Assembly: GCA_963668625.2 (NCBI GenBank)
Contig: CAXXKA010000006.1
Span: forward strand, 608,001 to 672,000
Reading direction: 5' to 3'
Length of the DNA stretch: 64,000 nt
From: an uncultured candidate division Zixibacteria bacterium
GTDB lineage: Bacteria; Zixibacteria; MSB-5A5; UBA10806; 4484-95
In this document: positions 46,865 through 56,918 of the stretch, one piece after another
Layout: each line of letters opens with the position of its first letter
Position numbering within the stretch: the stretch's first letter is position 1
Program-made: the position numbers and the translations under genes
The notes under the pieces: model-generated
Databases searched by the model: none
Seen by the model: only the letters and a program-made list of their open reading frames with translations
What the model was told of the DNA's origin: nothing

Positions 46865-47683
46865 ATGAAAGTTACAGCAGTAGATACAACAAACCAAACG
46901 CCACAGGCTAATAAGGCCGTCGATAAAGATAAAGCCGCCGAGTTCGCTCGTTTGAAAAAAGCTTGCGAGCAGTTCGAATCTATTTTTATCTCCTACATGC
47001 TCAAATCGATGAGAGCAGCCTCTGAGGAATCCGACCTGTTCGGTGATGGACTCGGTGGTGACATGTTCACCCAGATGTTCGATGAAAGCCTGGCCGATAA
47101 AATGGCCGAGAGCAGCCCATTCGGTATCGGTGATCAACTGGTAAAAACATATGCCAAAATTGCCGGACTGAGCGACACTGAATTTAAAACTTACGATGCG
47201 ATAACCGATGCGCCATCATACAAGCGTACATATATTAAAACAAAAGACAATAACAGCAACCAAGTTATATCCCATGATAAAATTAACAGCTATGATAATA
47301 TAATAGCTGAAGCTTCCCAAAAACACAATATCGAATCGGCACTGATCAAAGCAGTTATTATGCACGAATCTGGCGGTGATACTACCGCCGTATCAGCTAA
47401 AGGCGCAAAAGGTTTGATGCAGCTAATGGATGGTACGGCAACTATGCTGGGTGTAGAGGATCCATTCGACGCTCGTCAGAATATTTTAGGAGGCACGAAA
47501 TATTTAGCCTCACTGGTGAAAAAATTCGATGGTGACTATAAAAAAGCGCTGGCGGCTTATAATGCAGGGCCGGCAAACGTGGAAAAGTATAACGGAGTTC
47601 CTCCTTATAAGGAGACAGAAAAATATGTGATCCGGGTTCTCGAATCTTTCGAGGGCTCATCAAATTTGACAAAATCCCGATAA
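46865..47683 (+). CDS. flgJ: FlgJ rod-binding domain fused to an SLT lytic transglycosylase
   Basis: ACEQFESIFI..MLKSMR N-terminus; HES, AVS.KGAKGLMQLM, ALAAYNAG, PPYKET. Confidence 0.85.
   Translation: MKVTAVDTTNQTPQANKAVDKDKAAEFARLKKACEQFESIFISYMLKSMRAASEESDLFGDGLGGDMFTQMFDESLADKMAESSPFGIGDQLVKTYAKIAGLSDTEFKTYDAITDAPSYKRTYIKTKDNNSNQVISHDKINSYDNIIAEASQKHNIESALIKAVIMHESGGDTTAVSAKGAKGLMQLMDGTATMLGVEDPFDARQNILGGTKYLASLVKKFDGDYKKALAAYNAGPANVEKYNGVPPYKETEKYVIRVLESFEGSSNLTKSR
47657..47683 (+). promoter_or_regulatory. sigma28-like promoter upstream of flgN-flgK
   Basis: TCAT-N15-CCCGATAA overlapping the flgJ stop. Confidence 0.4.
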
Positions 47684-47693
47684 CAAACTGTAG

Positions 47694-48188
47694 ATGGATA
47701 AATCAATGGAAAAATTAGCGGAAATTTTAAATCAGGAACTTGAAGTCTTCAACAAATTTCTCGGTCTGCTGGATCAGCAACATAAGCAGATAATCAGCAG
47801 AAAGTTAGAGGAGTTAAAACAGACTAACAGTGAACTCGATTTTTTAACGCTTCAAGTAACCCAGCTTGAGAACAAACGCATGTTGGAAGTTTCCAGGATG
47901 TCCGAGGAATTGGGTTTGAGTGATGATGATATTAAGCTTCGTGATTTATTACCGGACCTGGATACGAAAACCAGTTTCCGATTAAAAATGCTCAGGGAAT
48001 CGATTGTTGGCGCGCACAGGCGAGCTGAGGAGAAAAGCTTGAGAAATAAGAAGCTTATAGAAAGATCACGCAAGTTGATCGCTGATTCGATTGCGATAGT
48101 TAGTTCGAAGCCATCACCGATATACCAGAAACCAGGGCCGGGTCAACCCTCCATGCGAGAGGGAAGCATGGTAAATAGATCGGTTTAA
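47694..48188 (+). CDS. flgN: Flagellar export chaperone FlgN
   Basis: Helical 164-aa protein with N..LI motif and conserved Tyr near the C-terminus; precedes flgK. Confidence 0.8.
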   Translation: MDKSMEKLAEILNQELEVFNKFLGLLDQQHKQIISRKLEELKQTNSELDFLTLQVTQLENKRMLEVSRMSEELGLSDDDIKLRDLLPDLDTKTSFRLKMLRESIVGAHRRAEEKSLRNKKLIERSRKLIADSIAIVSSKPSPIYQKPGPGQPSMREGSMVNRSV

Positions 48189-48198
48189 GGGGATTGTT

Positions 48199-49584
48199 AT
48201 GTACGGAATAAATGTCGGTTTAGAAATTGGTAAAAGAGCGTTGCTGGCCCAGCAATACTCGTTAAATATTACCGGCCATAATATCGCCAATGTCAATACT
48301 CCCGGATTCACCCGTCAACAGGCAGTGTTAAACTCCACCAATCCGATGAGATCCGCTCTGGGAAGCTTCGGAACCGGCGTGGAGATTACCGATATCAGGC
48401 GATTAAGAAGCGTATTTTTAGATCAACAATTCCGCGAAGAATCTCAAACTATGGGTAAATGGCAAACCCTGGAGCAGGGATGGAGCCAGGTGGAAAGAAT
48501 TTACAACGAGCCGTCCGAAACAGGTTTCAGTACGGTTCTGGATGATTTTTGGAATTCCTGGCAGGATTTGAGTACGAATCCTGATAGCCAGGCCGCTCGT
48601 GTTTCGGTTAAGGAGCAGGCCAGCCTGGTGATAAATGCATTCCATCAATTCAGCAATCAGTTAGAAGATTTCACCACCTCGGTGGATAATGATATAGTTA
48701 AATCCGTTGGATATATCAATAATATGGCCGATCAAGTGGCTGCTTTAAACGAATCGATTGCCACCTCGGAGCTAACCGGAAACACGGCTAACGATCTTCG
48801 TGACCGGCGAGATTATCTTATTGATGAACTTTCAAATTACGTGAATGTCGATACTATCGAACAATCAAACGGCAATTTTACGGTACTGGTAGGATCGATG
48901 GCTCTGGTTGACGGTAATCAGGTTAACAGCTTGAGGGTCGAAGTTACCGAACAGGGATCGAGAACCGTAAAAGAGGTCATGTTCACCGGTTCCTCGGCCA
49001 CGCCGAATATCAACAACGGTCAACTGGCTGGGTTGATGGAACTTCGTGATGAGGTTTTAGTAGAGCGCCAGATCGAACTCGATCAACTGGCGGTCGAGCT
49101 TGTTGGAAAAATCAACGAACTTCACCGGGAAGGTTACGGCCTGGATGGCGGTAAAGGTAGAGATTTCTTCGATTCATCAACTACAGGCGCTGAAGATATA
49201 GAGTTGGATATCCTGATAGAGGAAAACGACAATTATGTTGCAGCCTCACTTAACGGCGAGGTCGGTGATAATTCCAATGCCTTGAAAATAGCGGGCTTGA
49301 GAACCAGCTTAACCATGAATGGAGGCACCGCTTCATTCGGAGATTTCTATAACGCTATAGTTGGAACGGTTGGTGTAAGAACCAGCGAGGCGGCGAATAT
49401 TTCGGCCAACCAGAAAACGTTAGTTTTCAATATCGAAACCGATCGCCAATCGGTTGAAGGTGTTTCTCTGGATGAGGAGATGACCAATATGATAAAGTTC
49501 GAGCATGCCTATTCGGCGGCGGCCAGAGTAATAACAGCGATGGATAACGCTTTAGATACGATAATTAACCGTATGGCTGTTTAA
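48199..49584 (+). CDS. flgK: Hook-associated protein FlgK
   Basis: TGHNIANVNTPGFTRQ, NDLRDRRD, GVSLDEEMTNMIKF..AYSAAAR. Confidence 0.96.
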   Translation: MYGINVGLEIGKRALLAQQYSLNITGHNIANVNTPGFTRQQAVLNSTNPMRSALGSFGTGVEITDIRRLRSVFLDQQFREESQTMGKWQTLEQGWSQVERIYNEPSETGFSTVLDDFWNSWQDLSTNPDSQAARVSVKEQASLVINAFHQFSNQLEDFTTSVDNDIVKSVGYINNMADQVAALNESIATSELTGNTANDLRDRRDYLIDELSNYVNVDTIEQSNGNFTVLVGSMALVDGNQVNSLRVEVTEQGSRTVKEVMFTGSSATPNINNGQLAGLMELRDEVLVERQIELDQLAVELVGKINELHREGYGLDGGKGRDFFDSSTTGAEDIELDILIEENDNYVAASLNGEVGDNSNALKIAGLRTSLTMNGGTASFGDFYNAIVGTVGVRTSEAANISANQKTLVFNIETDRQSVEGVSLDEEMTNMIKFEHAYSAAARVITAMDNALDTIINRMAV

Positions 49585-49611
49585 CAGTTAGCTTTAAGAT
49601 AGGAGTATGAA

Positions 49612-49854
49612 ATGCTGATCCTGACAAGGAAGTTGGGGGAATCAATTGCTATTGATAACAATATCAAAATCACGGTATTAAGTATCCATGGTAAACAGGT
49701 TAAAATAGGGATAATGGCCCCTGACACTGTTTCCGTGCATCGTGAGGAGATATTCAAAAAGATTCAACATGAAAATAAATCAGCCTCGCTTGCACTTAAG
49801 GAAGATTTACTGGAGGTTGCCAACATTTTGAAATCCAAACGCATAAAGCAATAA
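49612..49854 (+). CDS. csrA: Translational regulator CsrA
   Basis: [13 protein letters not shown]...VKIGI.AP..VHREEI. Confidence 0.96.
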   Translation: MLILTRKLGESIAIDNNIKITVLSIHGKQVKIGIMAPDTVSVHREEIFKKIQHENKSASLALKEDLLEVANILKSKRIKQ

Positions 49855-49870
49855 CGGAATTTCCCGATAT
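49844..49870 (+). promoter_or_regulatory. sigma28-like promoter of flgL-fliW
   Basis: TAAA-N15-CCCGATAT. Confidence 0.55.
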
Positions 49871-49965
49871 ACATAATGGTTGTAATGCTTATGCGGGGGC
49901 AGATAGCACAAACAAGCTGTGAGGATTCATAAGGTTAGCGAGAATATCAGAATTGGAGTATTAAC

Positions 49966-51888
49966 ATGCGTGTAACCAATAAAATGATGTCCGAACAAAT
50001 CCTGTACAATCTAGGGAAATCGGCAACCCGGTACCTGGAATTACAAAGTCAGGGGTCATCGGGGAAGAGAATCGGAAAACCCTCAGATGATCCGTTGGGT
50101 ATCACAAAAGATTTAACTTACCGTTCGCGTTTGGCGGATATAGGCCAATTCGGTCTGAACGTCACTCACTCTAAATCGTGGCTGGCTTTTTCCGACCAGG
50201 CTATCGCGGATGTTGATTCTTTGATAATCGATGCTAAAGATCTGGCGGTGCAGTTGGGCAACGACACTTACGATGACAGTGCAAGAGCAGCGGCTGCTAC
50301 CGAGGCTCGTGAGATATTCAATCAGATAATGGATTCGGCCAATGCCCAGTATCAGGGTAAATATATTTTCGCTGGATCTATTACGAATCTCCCACCTATG
50401 ATTTCAAACGGCACAGGCGTTCAGTATATGGGCGATTATCAGGATATGCTCGCCGAAATAGAGCGAAGTTCCTATTTGAAAATTAACACGTTCGCCTCAG
50501 AATTCGCAACCCAACAGGTTAATATCCTTGGCGAAAATGCGGATCTGAATCCCGGGTTGCAGCCCACGTTATGGCTTAGTTACCTCAATGACGGTAACGG
50601 TATCGATATGGGCGCTGGAATAATAGAGGTCAATACATTAAACGGCACATACAATGTCGATATAGGCGCCGCTAACCCGACAAATATTCAGGAGCTTCTG
50701 GATGCTATCAACGGCGCAGGTATCCCGAATTTAACAGCTTCCATTGGTGAAAGCGGATCCGGGCTGGTGCTCGAGGATACCTCGGGGCATCAGATTACGA
50801 TAGATACACCGCTTGATATGTTGAACAAAGGGCAGGGGGTCTCGCAGTCGCCGGGTACTTTCAGGATCAGAACCAGTGACAGCTCGCTGATTGCTAATAT
50901 TGATATATCGGCGGCGACCAATCTCGATGACGTGATCACCGAGATTAATACCCAGCTTGCCGGCGCAGGTATCAATAATGTTACCGCCTCGATACATCCG
51001 ACCGAGAACCGTCTGGTTATTACCGATACCAACGCCGCCTCATACGATCTTGTCATAGAGGAAGCTGGTGGAGGTACGTCAGCGGCCGACCTGGGTATTT
51101 TAGGCGAGATGCACGGTCAGTTTCAGGGCGAGGAATTAAATCCGCTGCACATACAGGTGAACGAATCTGCTGCGGGGGAAACCCTTGCGGAAAGCCTTGG
51201 TTTAGCTCAGCAAACAGAATTCGAAAACCTAGTCGGCACCGATCTTGATGCCGAGCTTTCCTATAACACGCTTATATCGTCGTTAAACAGTAATTCCGGG
51301 ATTGATCTGGGAGCAATTCGTATCGATAGCGGGCACAACTCGGTGACTCTTGATTTTTCGGTATTCGACAACGACCCGAATGCGACCGTACTGGATATGG
51401 TCGATATGATAAATCGTTCCGGTATAGACGCCAAAGCATTTTTGAATCCCGATCATAACGGGATCATGATCAAATCGAATTATGATGATAGAACATTCAC
51501 GATCACCGAGGCTGATTCGGGCAGAACCGCAAGCGCCCTCGGTATCTTCGGCGCCGGCGATATCCTGGGCAATATGTTGATCCTGGAAAACGCGCTGGAG
51601 AATAACAATGCCGAGGAGATCGAGGCGACACTTGATACGTTCGATAAAGCTCTCGACCAATTGCTCACGACCAGGGCAAGCGTCGGCTCGCGCGAGATAA
51701 GAGCACAAACCTCGGAAGCAAGATTGCTCTCACAGGAGCTTCTGGTTACCGATCAATTATCGCAGATCGAGGATGCAGATATGCTGAAAGTGATCTCGGA
51801 ACTGGCTACGGCCGAGGTCATGTATGAATCGGCGCTGGCATCCGCGGCCAGGATTATACAACCGACATTAATGAATTTTCTGAGTTAG
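49966..51888 (+). CDS. flgL: Hook-associated protein FlgL, enlarged (640 aa)
   Basis: MRVTN, SGKRI.KPSDDP, GKYIFAG; SQIEDAD...IIQPTLMNFL C-terminus. Confidence 0.93.
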   Translation: MRVTNKMMSEQILYNLGKSATRYLELQSQGSSGKRIGKPSDDPLGITKDLTYRSRLADIGQFGLNVTHSKSWLAFSDQAIADVDSLIIDAKDLAVQLGNDTYDDSARAAAATEAREIFNQIMDSANAQYQGKYIFAGSITNLPPMISNGTGVQYMGDYQDMLAEIERSSYLKINTFASEFATQQVNILGENADLNPGLQPTLWLSYLNDGNGIDMGAGIIEVNTLNGTYNVDIGAANPTNIQELLDAINGAGIPNLTASIGESGSGLVLEDTSGHQITIDTPLDMLNKGQGVSQSPGTFRIRTSDSSLIANIDISAATNLDDVITEINTQLAGAGINNVTASIHPTENRLVITDTNAASYDLVIEEAGGGTSAADLGILGEMHGQFQGEELNPLHIQVNESAAGETLAESLGLAQQTEFENLVGTDLDAELSYNTLISSLNSNSGIDLGAIRIDSGHNSVTLDFSVFDNDPNATVLDMVDMINRSGIDAKAFLNPDHNGIMIKSNYDDRTFTITEADSGRTASALGIFGAGDILGNMLILENALENNNAEEIEATLDTFDKALDQLLTTRASVGSREIRAQTSEARLLSQELLVTDQLSQIEDADMLKVISELATAEVMYESALASAARIIQPTLMNFLS

Positions 51889-51897
51889 GAGGGGTAA

Positions 51898-52347
51898 TTG
51901 CCTAGTTTAAAGACATCCCGATTCGGTGAGATAGACTACAATAATAAAGATGTCATCAGATTCGTCAAGCCTATACTCGGTTTCAACGAATTATCTCGCT
52001 ATATCTTGATATCGCGAGCTGAATCAGAACCGTTCAAATGGCTGCAATCGCTGGAAAGCCCGGATGTCTGTTTCGTACTGGTGGATCCCCGACTGCTGGT
52101 AGATCAATATGAGGTAGATGTCTCCACTCACGACATAAAACTTCTCGATGGCTCCGAGAGCCAGGAAGACTATCAACTATTTGTAATAGCCACTATACCC
52201 CGCGGGCGTCCGGAGGAAATGTCGGTGAACCTGCAGGGGCCAATCGTGATATATGTTAAGGGGCTTACCGGCTTACAGATGGTTTTGAATAATCCTGAAT
52301 ACGAAATCCGTTACAATATCTTCCAGGAAAGTAAGTCCGCATCCTGA
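51898..52347 (+). CDS. fliW: Flagellar assembly factor FliW
   Basis: TSRFGEI, PILGF, FKWLQSL, SVNLQGPIVI, QMVL. Confidence 0.93.
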   Translation: MPSLKTSRFGEIDYNNKDVIRFVKPILGFNELSRYILISRAESEPFKWLQSLESPDVCFVLVDPRLLVDQYEVDVSTHDIKLLDGSESQEDYQLFVIATIPRGRPEEMSVNLQGPIVIYVKGLTGLQMVLNNPEYEIRYNIFQESKSAS

Positions 52348-52369
52348 GTATTTAAAAGTAAGCAGTTTT

Positions 52370-53119
52370 ATGCGAATCGATAAGTCAGGTATCGGTGATA
52401 GTATCATAAGCTATAAAGGGCACGGGATGATCGAGACGGCCTCACGGCTAAATTCGATCGGTCACGTTATTGCGCATGAAAATCGTCATCTTCAACAGTA
52501 CCGCAATCGAGCTATGTATCAGGGGAAGGAAATTACCTCCGAGGATATAACGGTTAAGTATGAATTCAGGGATGGCGTTTTAGTCGCGGTTGCCGGCGAG
52601 GCCAAAGCGACGATGCGAGATAAACCGGAAGATACGAGTGAGCAAAGCGATGTTCTGGAGGTCGCCAGGAACCAGCCCGTTGATACTAATGCTGATATCG
52701 GCAACGAGGAGAATAATAAAAAACAGAAATTGGATATACTACTTACACGTATCGACGCCGCTCTGAACAAGCTCGATTCCAAACTGGGAGAGAGTGAAAA
52801 AGAATCCGAATCGGGCTCTCGAAGCGAAAACGGTAATCTGGCGCAACTGCGACAGAAAAGAGTGGAACTGGAGCAAAAGCGTAAAGAGATAAACAATAAG
52901 AAAAACAAGCTCAATGCCGAAAAATTAAACGAGCTGACCGAGCAGTTGCTGGAAGGGTTGTCGGATCTGACAGAGCAAGCATCAAAGCTGATGAAATCTA
53001 TTTACGGGCTTAAAACCGGTAAACAAATAGAGCAGAATCCCGATAATAGTAATGAGCTGGAAGTACCAGATTACTCGATGTTGTACACCGGGATGTTGTT
53101 GGATACGATGATTTATTAA
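52370..53119 (+). CDS. Hypothetical HExxH-containing coiled-coil protein (SprA-related-like)
   Basis: VIAHENRH...VAVAGE; C-terminal GMLLD. Confidence 0.55.
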   Translation: MRIDKSGIGDSIISYKGHGMIETASRLNSIGHVIAHENRHLQQYRNRAMYQGKEITSEDITVKYEFRDGVLVAVAGEAKATMRDKPEDTSEQSDVLEVARNQPVDTNADIGNEENNKKQKLDILLTRIDAALNKLDSKLGESEKESESGSRSENGNLAQLRQKRVELEQKRKEINNKKNKLNAEKLNELTEQLLEGLSDLTEQASKLMKSIYGLKTGKQIEQNPDNSNELEVPDYSMLYTGMLLDTMIY

Positions 53120-53135
53120 AAATACGAGGTTTATA

Positions 53136-54848
53136 ATGAATGCCGATGTCGTACAGGAGGAAAAAACCTCCGTGCTGGAAAATGCGAAAAGCGCGTTTCA
53201 AAATGAGGATTTTACTACAGTAATAAAATTATGCCGGGACTACTTGAACGTGTCGGAAAACGATCTGGTCGCCTTGCATCTTCTGGGAACTGCATATGCC
53301 AGGATGGGCGATTACGAGAACGCCGAGAGCATATTCAAGCGGGAGCTGAAGACCGACTCGAACCAGGCTGATGCTTATTTCAACCTGGGATTGATTTACA
53401 CTCGACAACAAAAATATTCGGATGCCACCGCTAATCTTGAAAAGGTGTTAGAGCTCAGGCCGGATGATTTGCAGGCGCTCAACGACCTTGGTGTATTGTA
53501 TTTCAACATGGGAGATACTGCCAGGGCCGGAGAGCATTTCACTAAAGCCTTAAAAAACAATCCGACATACAAAGAGGCATTCTTAAACGTTTTCGAGATA
53601 CTATGGAACGAAGGAAAGTATACGCCTGCTCTGGAGCACGCTTACGAATATCTCAATCAGCTTTCTCGTCAGGATAACGGCATGAAGCTGGATAAACCTT
53701 CGATGGAAAAGCCGGTCGTCCAGGTTGTTACGCCTCCTCCGGCAATCACCGAGGATACGACCAAAACGGATGCGTCCGTTATCGATGCGCCGGCAATTAT
53801 CTCCGCCGAGACCCGTCGCAAGACAAATTCTAAAATAGAAGATTTGTTTAATAAACACGTACCTGTAAAACTTCATGGGAAAAAAACCGGAATGAATATC
53901 GCAGTAGTGGCCGATTTCAATATTGCCGGCCAGTTAACCCAGATGTTCAGGTTGATAAACGAACACACCATTCATCGCGCTAGATGTATTATCGTACATG
54001 ATGATTACCTGACTTACGATAAAGATATGGTGCTGTCGCATAATAAGGAAGATGACTGGGAGGAAGCTCGTCAGATAATCGAGAATGCCGATTTCTTCCA
54101 TGTGGGGAGATTTCCGAAGCCACACCAGAAATTCAATCTACCGAAATATATCAGGCCGAAAAATACGATCGTGCAATACTTTGGCTCCGAACTGCGCCAG
54201 AACGCCAACGATATTTACAACTGGCATAAGCAAAACAATATCACCGGCGTGGCAGCCTGGGATTACACTATGATCGAAAACTCGCCGTTTTTCTATCATA
54301 TCAACATGATGTTCGATAGCTCGAAAATCAAACCGGCTCCCAAACCCGAGGGCACGATAAAAATCGTTCATCCGACCACGAACAGGAGTATCAAAAAGAC
54401 CGAGCTGTTTATCGAGGCGATGAGGAAGCTTAAAGGTAAATACGATGTGGAGCCTATCATTATCGAGGGTAAAACCAACGAGGAGTGCTTGAAAATCAAG
54501 AGCGAATCGCATATGACATACGACCAGATATCAGTCGGTATCTATGGAGTATCGGCAATCGAGTCGATGGCCGCCGGCCATGTCGTATTCGGTGGTATCT
54601 CTAATTTCGCCGCCAGTGTCTACCCGGACAACCCGATTGTCTGGATTACCCCCGACAATATCGCCGAAAAAGTCAAACACTATCTCGTCAATAAAGTCGA
54701 GATCTCCGAACGCGGATTAGCCGGGAAAGCCTGGGTGAAACGTTATCACGATCCACGGAAAATATTAAGACAACATATGTACCTTTACGACCTGGTGCGC
54801 TACGGCCACAGGTTCATGCCATCCCCGGATGAGCAAATGTTAGGATAA
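53136..54848 (+). CDS. TPR + GT-B glycosyltransferase
   Basis: N-terminal TPRs (AYFNLG, ALNDLG); HPTTNRSIK, DQI..G.YG.SAIESMAAG. Confidence 0.8.
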   Translation: MNADVVQEEKTSVLENAKSAFQNEDFTTVIKLCRDYLNVSENDLVALHLLGTAYARMGDYENAESIFKRELKTDSNQADAYFNLGLIYTRQQKYSDATANLEKVLELRPDDLQALNDLGVLYFNMGDTARAGEHFTKALKNNPTYKEAFLNVFEILWNEGKYTPALEHAYEYLNQLSRQDNGMKLDKPSMEKPVVQVVTPPPAITEDTTKTDASVIDAPAIISAETRRKTNSKIEDLFNKHVPVKLHGKKTGMNIAVVADFNIAGQLTQMFRLINEHTIHRARCIIVHDDYLTYDKDMVLSHNKEDDWEEARQIIENADFFHVGRFPKPHQKFNLPKYIRPKNTIVQYFGSELRQNANDIYNWHKQNNITGVAAWDYTMIENSPFFYHINMMFDSSKIKPAPKPEGTIKIVHPTTNRSIKKTELFIEAMRKLKGKYDVEPIIIEGKTNEECLKIKSESHMTYDQISVGIYGVSAIESMAAGHVVFGGISNFAASVYPDNPIVWITPDNIAEKVKHYLVNKVEISERGLAGKAWVKRYHDPRKILRQHMYLYDLVRYGHRFMPSPDEQMLG

Positions 54849-54852
54849 AAAG

Positions 54853-55851
54853 ATGATTGAAGGTAAAAAGATTTTCTTGACCGGCGGCGCCGGATTCATA
54901 GGCAGTTCGATTATCGGTCGACTGGTGGACAACAACGAGATAGTCGTTTACGACAATCTCTCCCGCAACAGCCTGAAAGATTCCATCTTTCGTGATCATC
55001 ATAATATAAAGCTCATCCAGGGCGATATACTCGATTACGATAAGTTGGCCAGAAGTATGAAAGGCGCGGATGTCGTGATTCACCTGGCCGCTATAGCCGG
55101 AATCGACACCGTTATAAAAAGCCCGGTTAATACGATGAAAGTAAATATGCTGGGTACGGTCAACATGCTGGAGGCCGCCTCGCAACAGGATAAGCTGGAT
55201 AGAGTGATTGATTTCTCGACCTCGGAAGTATTCGGTGCGTATGCTTTCCGTAGCGAGGAAAACGACAGTACCGCTTTGGGCGCGGTTGGCAACGCGCGCT
55301 GGACCTATGCCGTCTCGAAGCTGGCCGCCGAACACCTTGCTTACAGCTATTATACCGAACGGCAGATGCCTACCGTGTCGATCAGGCCGTTCAATATTTA
55401 CGGCCCCGGCCAGATAGGTGAAGGTGCCGTGCATCACTTTATAGTTAACGCGCTGCAAAACCAAAATCTCGTCATACACGGTGATGGCGATCAGATTCGT
55501 TCATGGTGCTATATCGATGACCTGGTAGCAGGGGTCATGCTGGCAATCGAGAAAGAGAAAGCCGTCGGTAATTGTTTCAACATTGGCAATCCCCGCGGTA
55601 CGATCACGATTCACGGCCTGGCTCTGGCCATCATTAGAGTAGCTTACTCCAAGTCAAGTATCGTTTATATGCCTAAAAATTATGCCGATGTCGACCTGCG
55701 CATTCCCAGTATCACCAAGGCGAAAAAGCTGTTGGGATACGAGCCGAAGGTTGGCCTCGAGGAAGGGTTGAGAAGAACCGCAACGTGGTATTATGCAAAA
55801 ATCTTCAATAGTAAAACTGATAAAACCGAACATCTCCCGGTCGGCAATTGA
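54853..55851 (+). CDS. NAD-dependent epimerase/dehydratase
   Basis: TGGAGFIGS, STSEVFG, YAVSK, RPFNIYGPG. Confidence 0.93.
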   Translation: MIEGKKIFLTGGAGFIGSSIIGRLVDNNEIVVYDNLSRNSLKDSIFRDHHNIKLIQGDILDYDKLARSMKGADVVIHLAAIAGIDTVIKSPVNTMKVNMLGTVNMLEAASQQDKLDRVIDFSTSEVFGAYAFRSEENDSTALGAVGNARWTYAVSKLAAEHLAYSYYTERQMPTVSIRPFNIYGPGQIGEGAVHHFIVNALQNQNLVIHGDGDQIRSWCYIDDLVAGVMLAIEKEKAVGNCFNIGNPRGTITIHGLALAIIRVAYSKSSIVYMPKNYADVDLRIPSITKAKKLLGYEPKVGLEEGLRRTATWYYAKIFNSKTDKTEHLPVGN

Positions 55852-56917
55852 GGCCGTAACGAGAGTTCTCGAATCGGGTAAGCTTGTCAACGGCCCGGTT
55901 GTCGAGGAGTTCGAAAAACGTCTGGCTGAGTACCTGGATATGCCGCACGCGGTGTGCGTATCCTCGGGAACTGCTGCCTTACATCTGTCGCTTCTGGCGG
56001 CGGATATACATCCCGGTGATGAGGTGATCGTGCCGGCGTTCACGTTTCCCGCTACGGCCAACGCGGTCGAAATGGTGGGCGCGATGCCGGTGTTCATAGA
56101 TTGCGAATCCGATGGGGTCAATATCGATCCGATGCAAATCGAAAAGGCCGTTAACGGTCGTACGAAAGCTATCATGCCGGTTCACGCTTTCGGAGTTCCG
56201 GCTGATATGGATAAAATCCTGGAGATCTCGTCAAAGCATAACCTGGTGGTTCTCGAGGATGCCGCCTGCGCGCTGGGCTCGAGTATAGAGGATAAGAAGT
56301 GTGGCTCGTTCGGAGACCTGGCTGCTTTCAGTTTTCATCCCAGGAAACTCCTGACCACGGGCGAGGGTGGGGCGGTTGTTACCTACGATAGCACTACCGC
56401 CGAACAGATCAGGAGCATGAGAAATCATGGCTGGGCAAAAGGCGATTACGATTACCTGGGCTATAATTACAGGATGACCGATATCCAGGCGGCGCTGGGC
56501 GTGGAACAGCTCGAGTCATACGATGATTTCATCAACACCCGCCGCCAGGTTGCCAGAAAATGCGCCCGTTTGCTCAAACAGATAGAATGGCTAAAACCAA
56601 TCCGCGTGAATGATGACAGTCACTGGAACGTACAGACATTGCTGTATGAGGTTGATGATGCGTTTAATCGTGATGAGGTAATCACTTATTTACGTAAGGA
56701 AAAGGTAGAAACCACCATAGGAACTTATTGTGTGCCTCTCACCAAGTTCTACCGTCAAAAATACGGTTACACCCCGGATGAATTTCCGAGAGCTTTTCAA
56801 CTGTTTAAACAGTCTATCAGCTTGCCTCTGTGGAATAAACTGGGTGATGACGAAATCGAAATGTTGCTTTACGCTTTGTACAAATTCACCTCGAGGAAGA
56901 ATGAGATAATGGCTTAA
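55793..56917 (+). CDS. DegT/DnrJ/EryC1/StrS sugar aminotransferase
   Basis: SSGTAALHL, EDAACALG, FSFHPRKLLTTGEGG, GYNYRMTD; start uncertain. Confidence 0.93.
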   Translation: MQKSSIVKLIKPNISRSAIEAVTRVLESGKLVNGPVVEEFEKRLAEYLDMPHAVCVSSGTAALHLSLLAADIHPGDEVIVPAFTFPATANAVEMVGAMPVFIDCESDGVNIDPMQIEKAVNGRTKAIMPVHAFGVPADMDKILEISSKHNLVVLEDAACALGSSIEDKKCGSFGDLAAFSFHPRKLLTTGEGGAVVTYDSTTAEQIRSMRNHGWAKGDYDYLGYNYRMTDIQAALGVEQLESYDDFINTRRQVARKCARLLKQIEWLKPIRVNDDSHWNVQTLLYEVDDAFNRDEVITYLRKEKVETTIGTYCVPLTKFYRQKYGYTPDEFPRAFQLFKQSISLPLWNKLGDDEIEMLLYALYKFTSRKNEIMA

Positions 56918-56918
56918 T

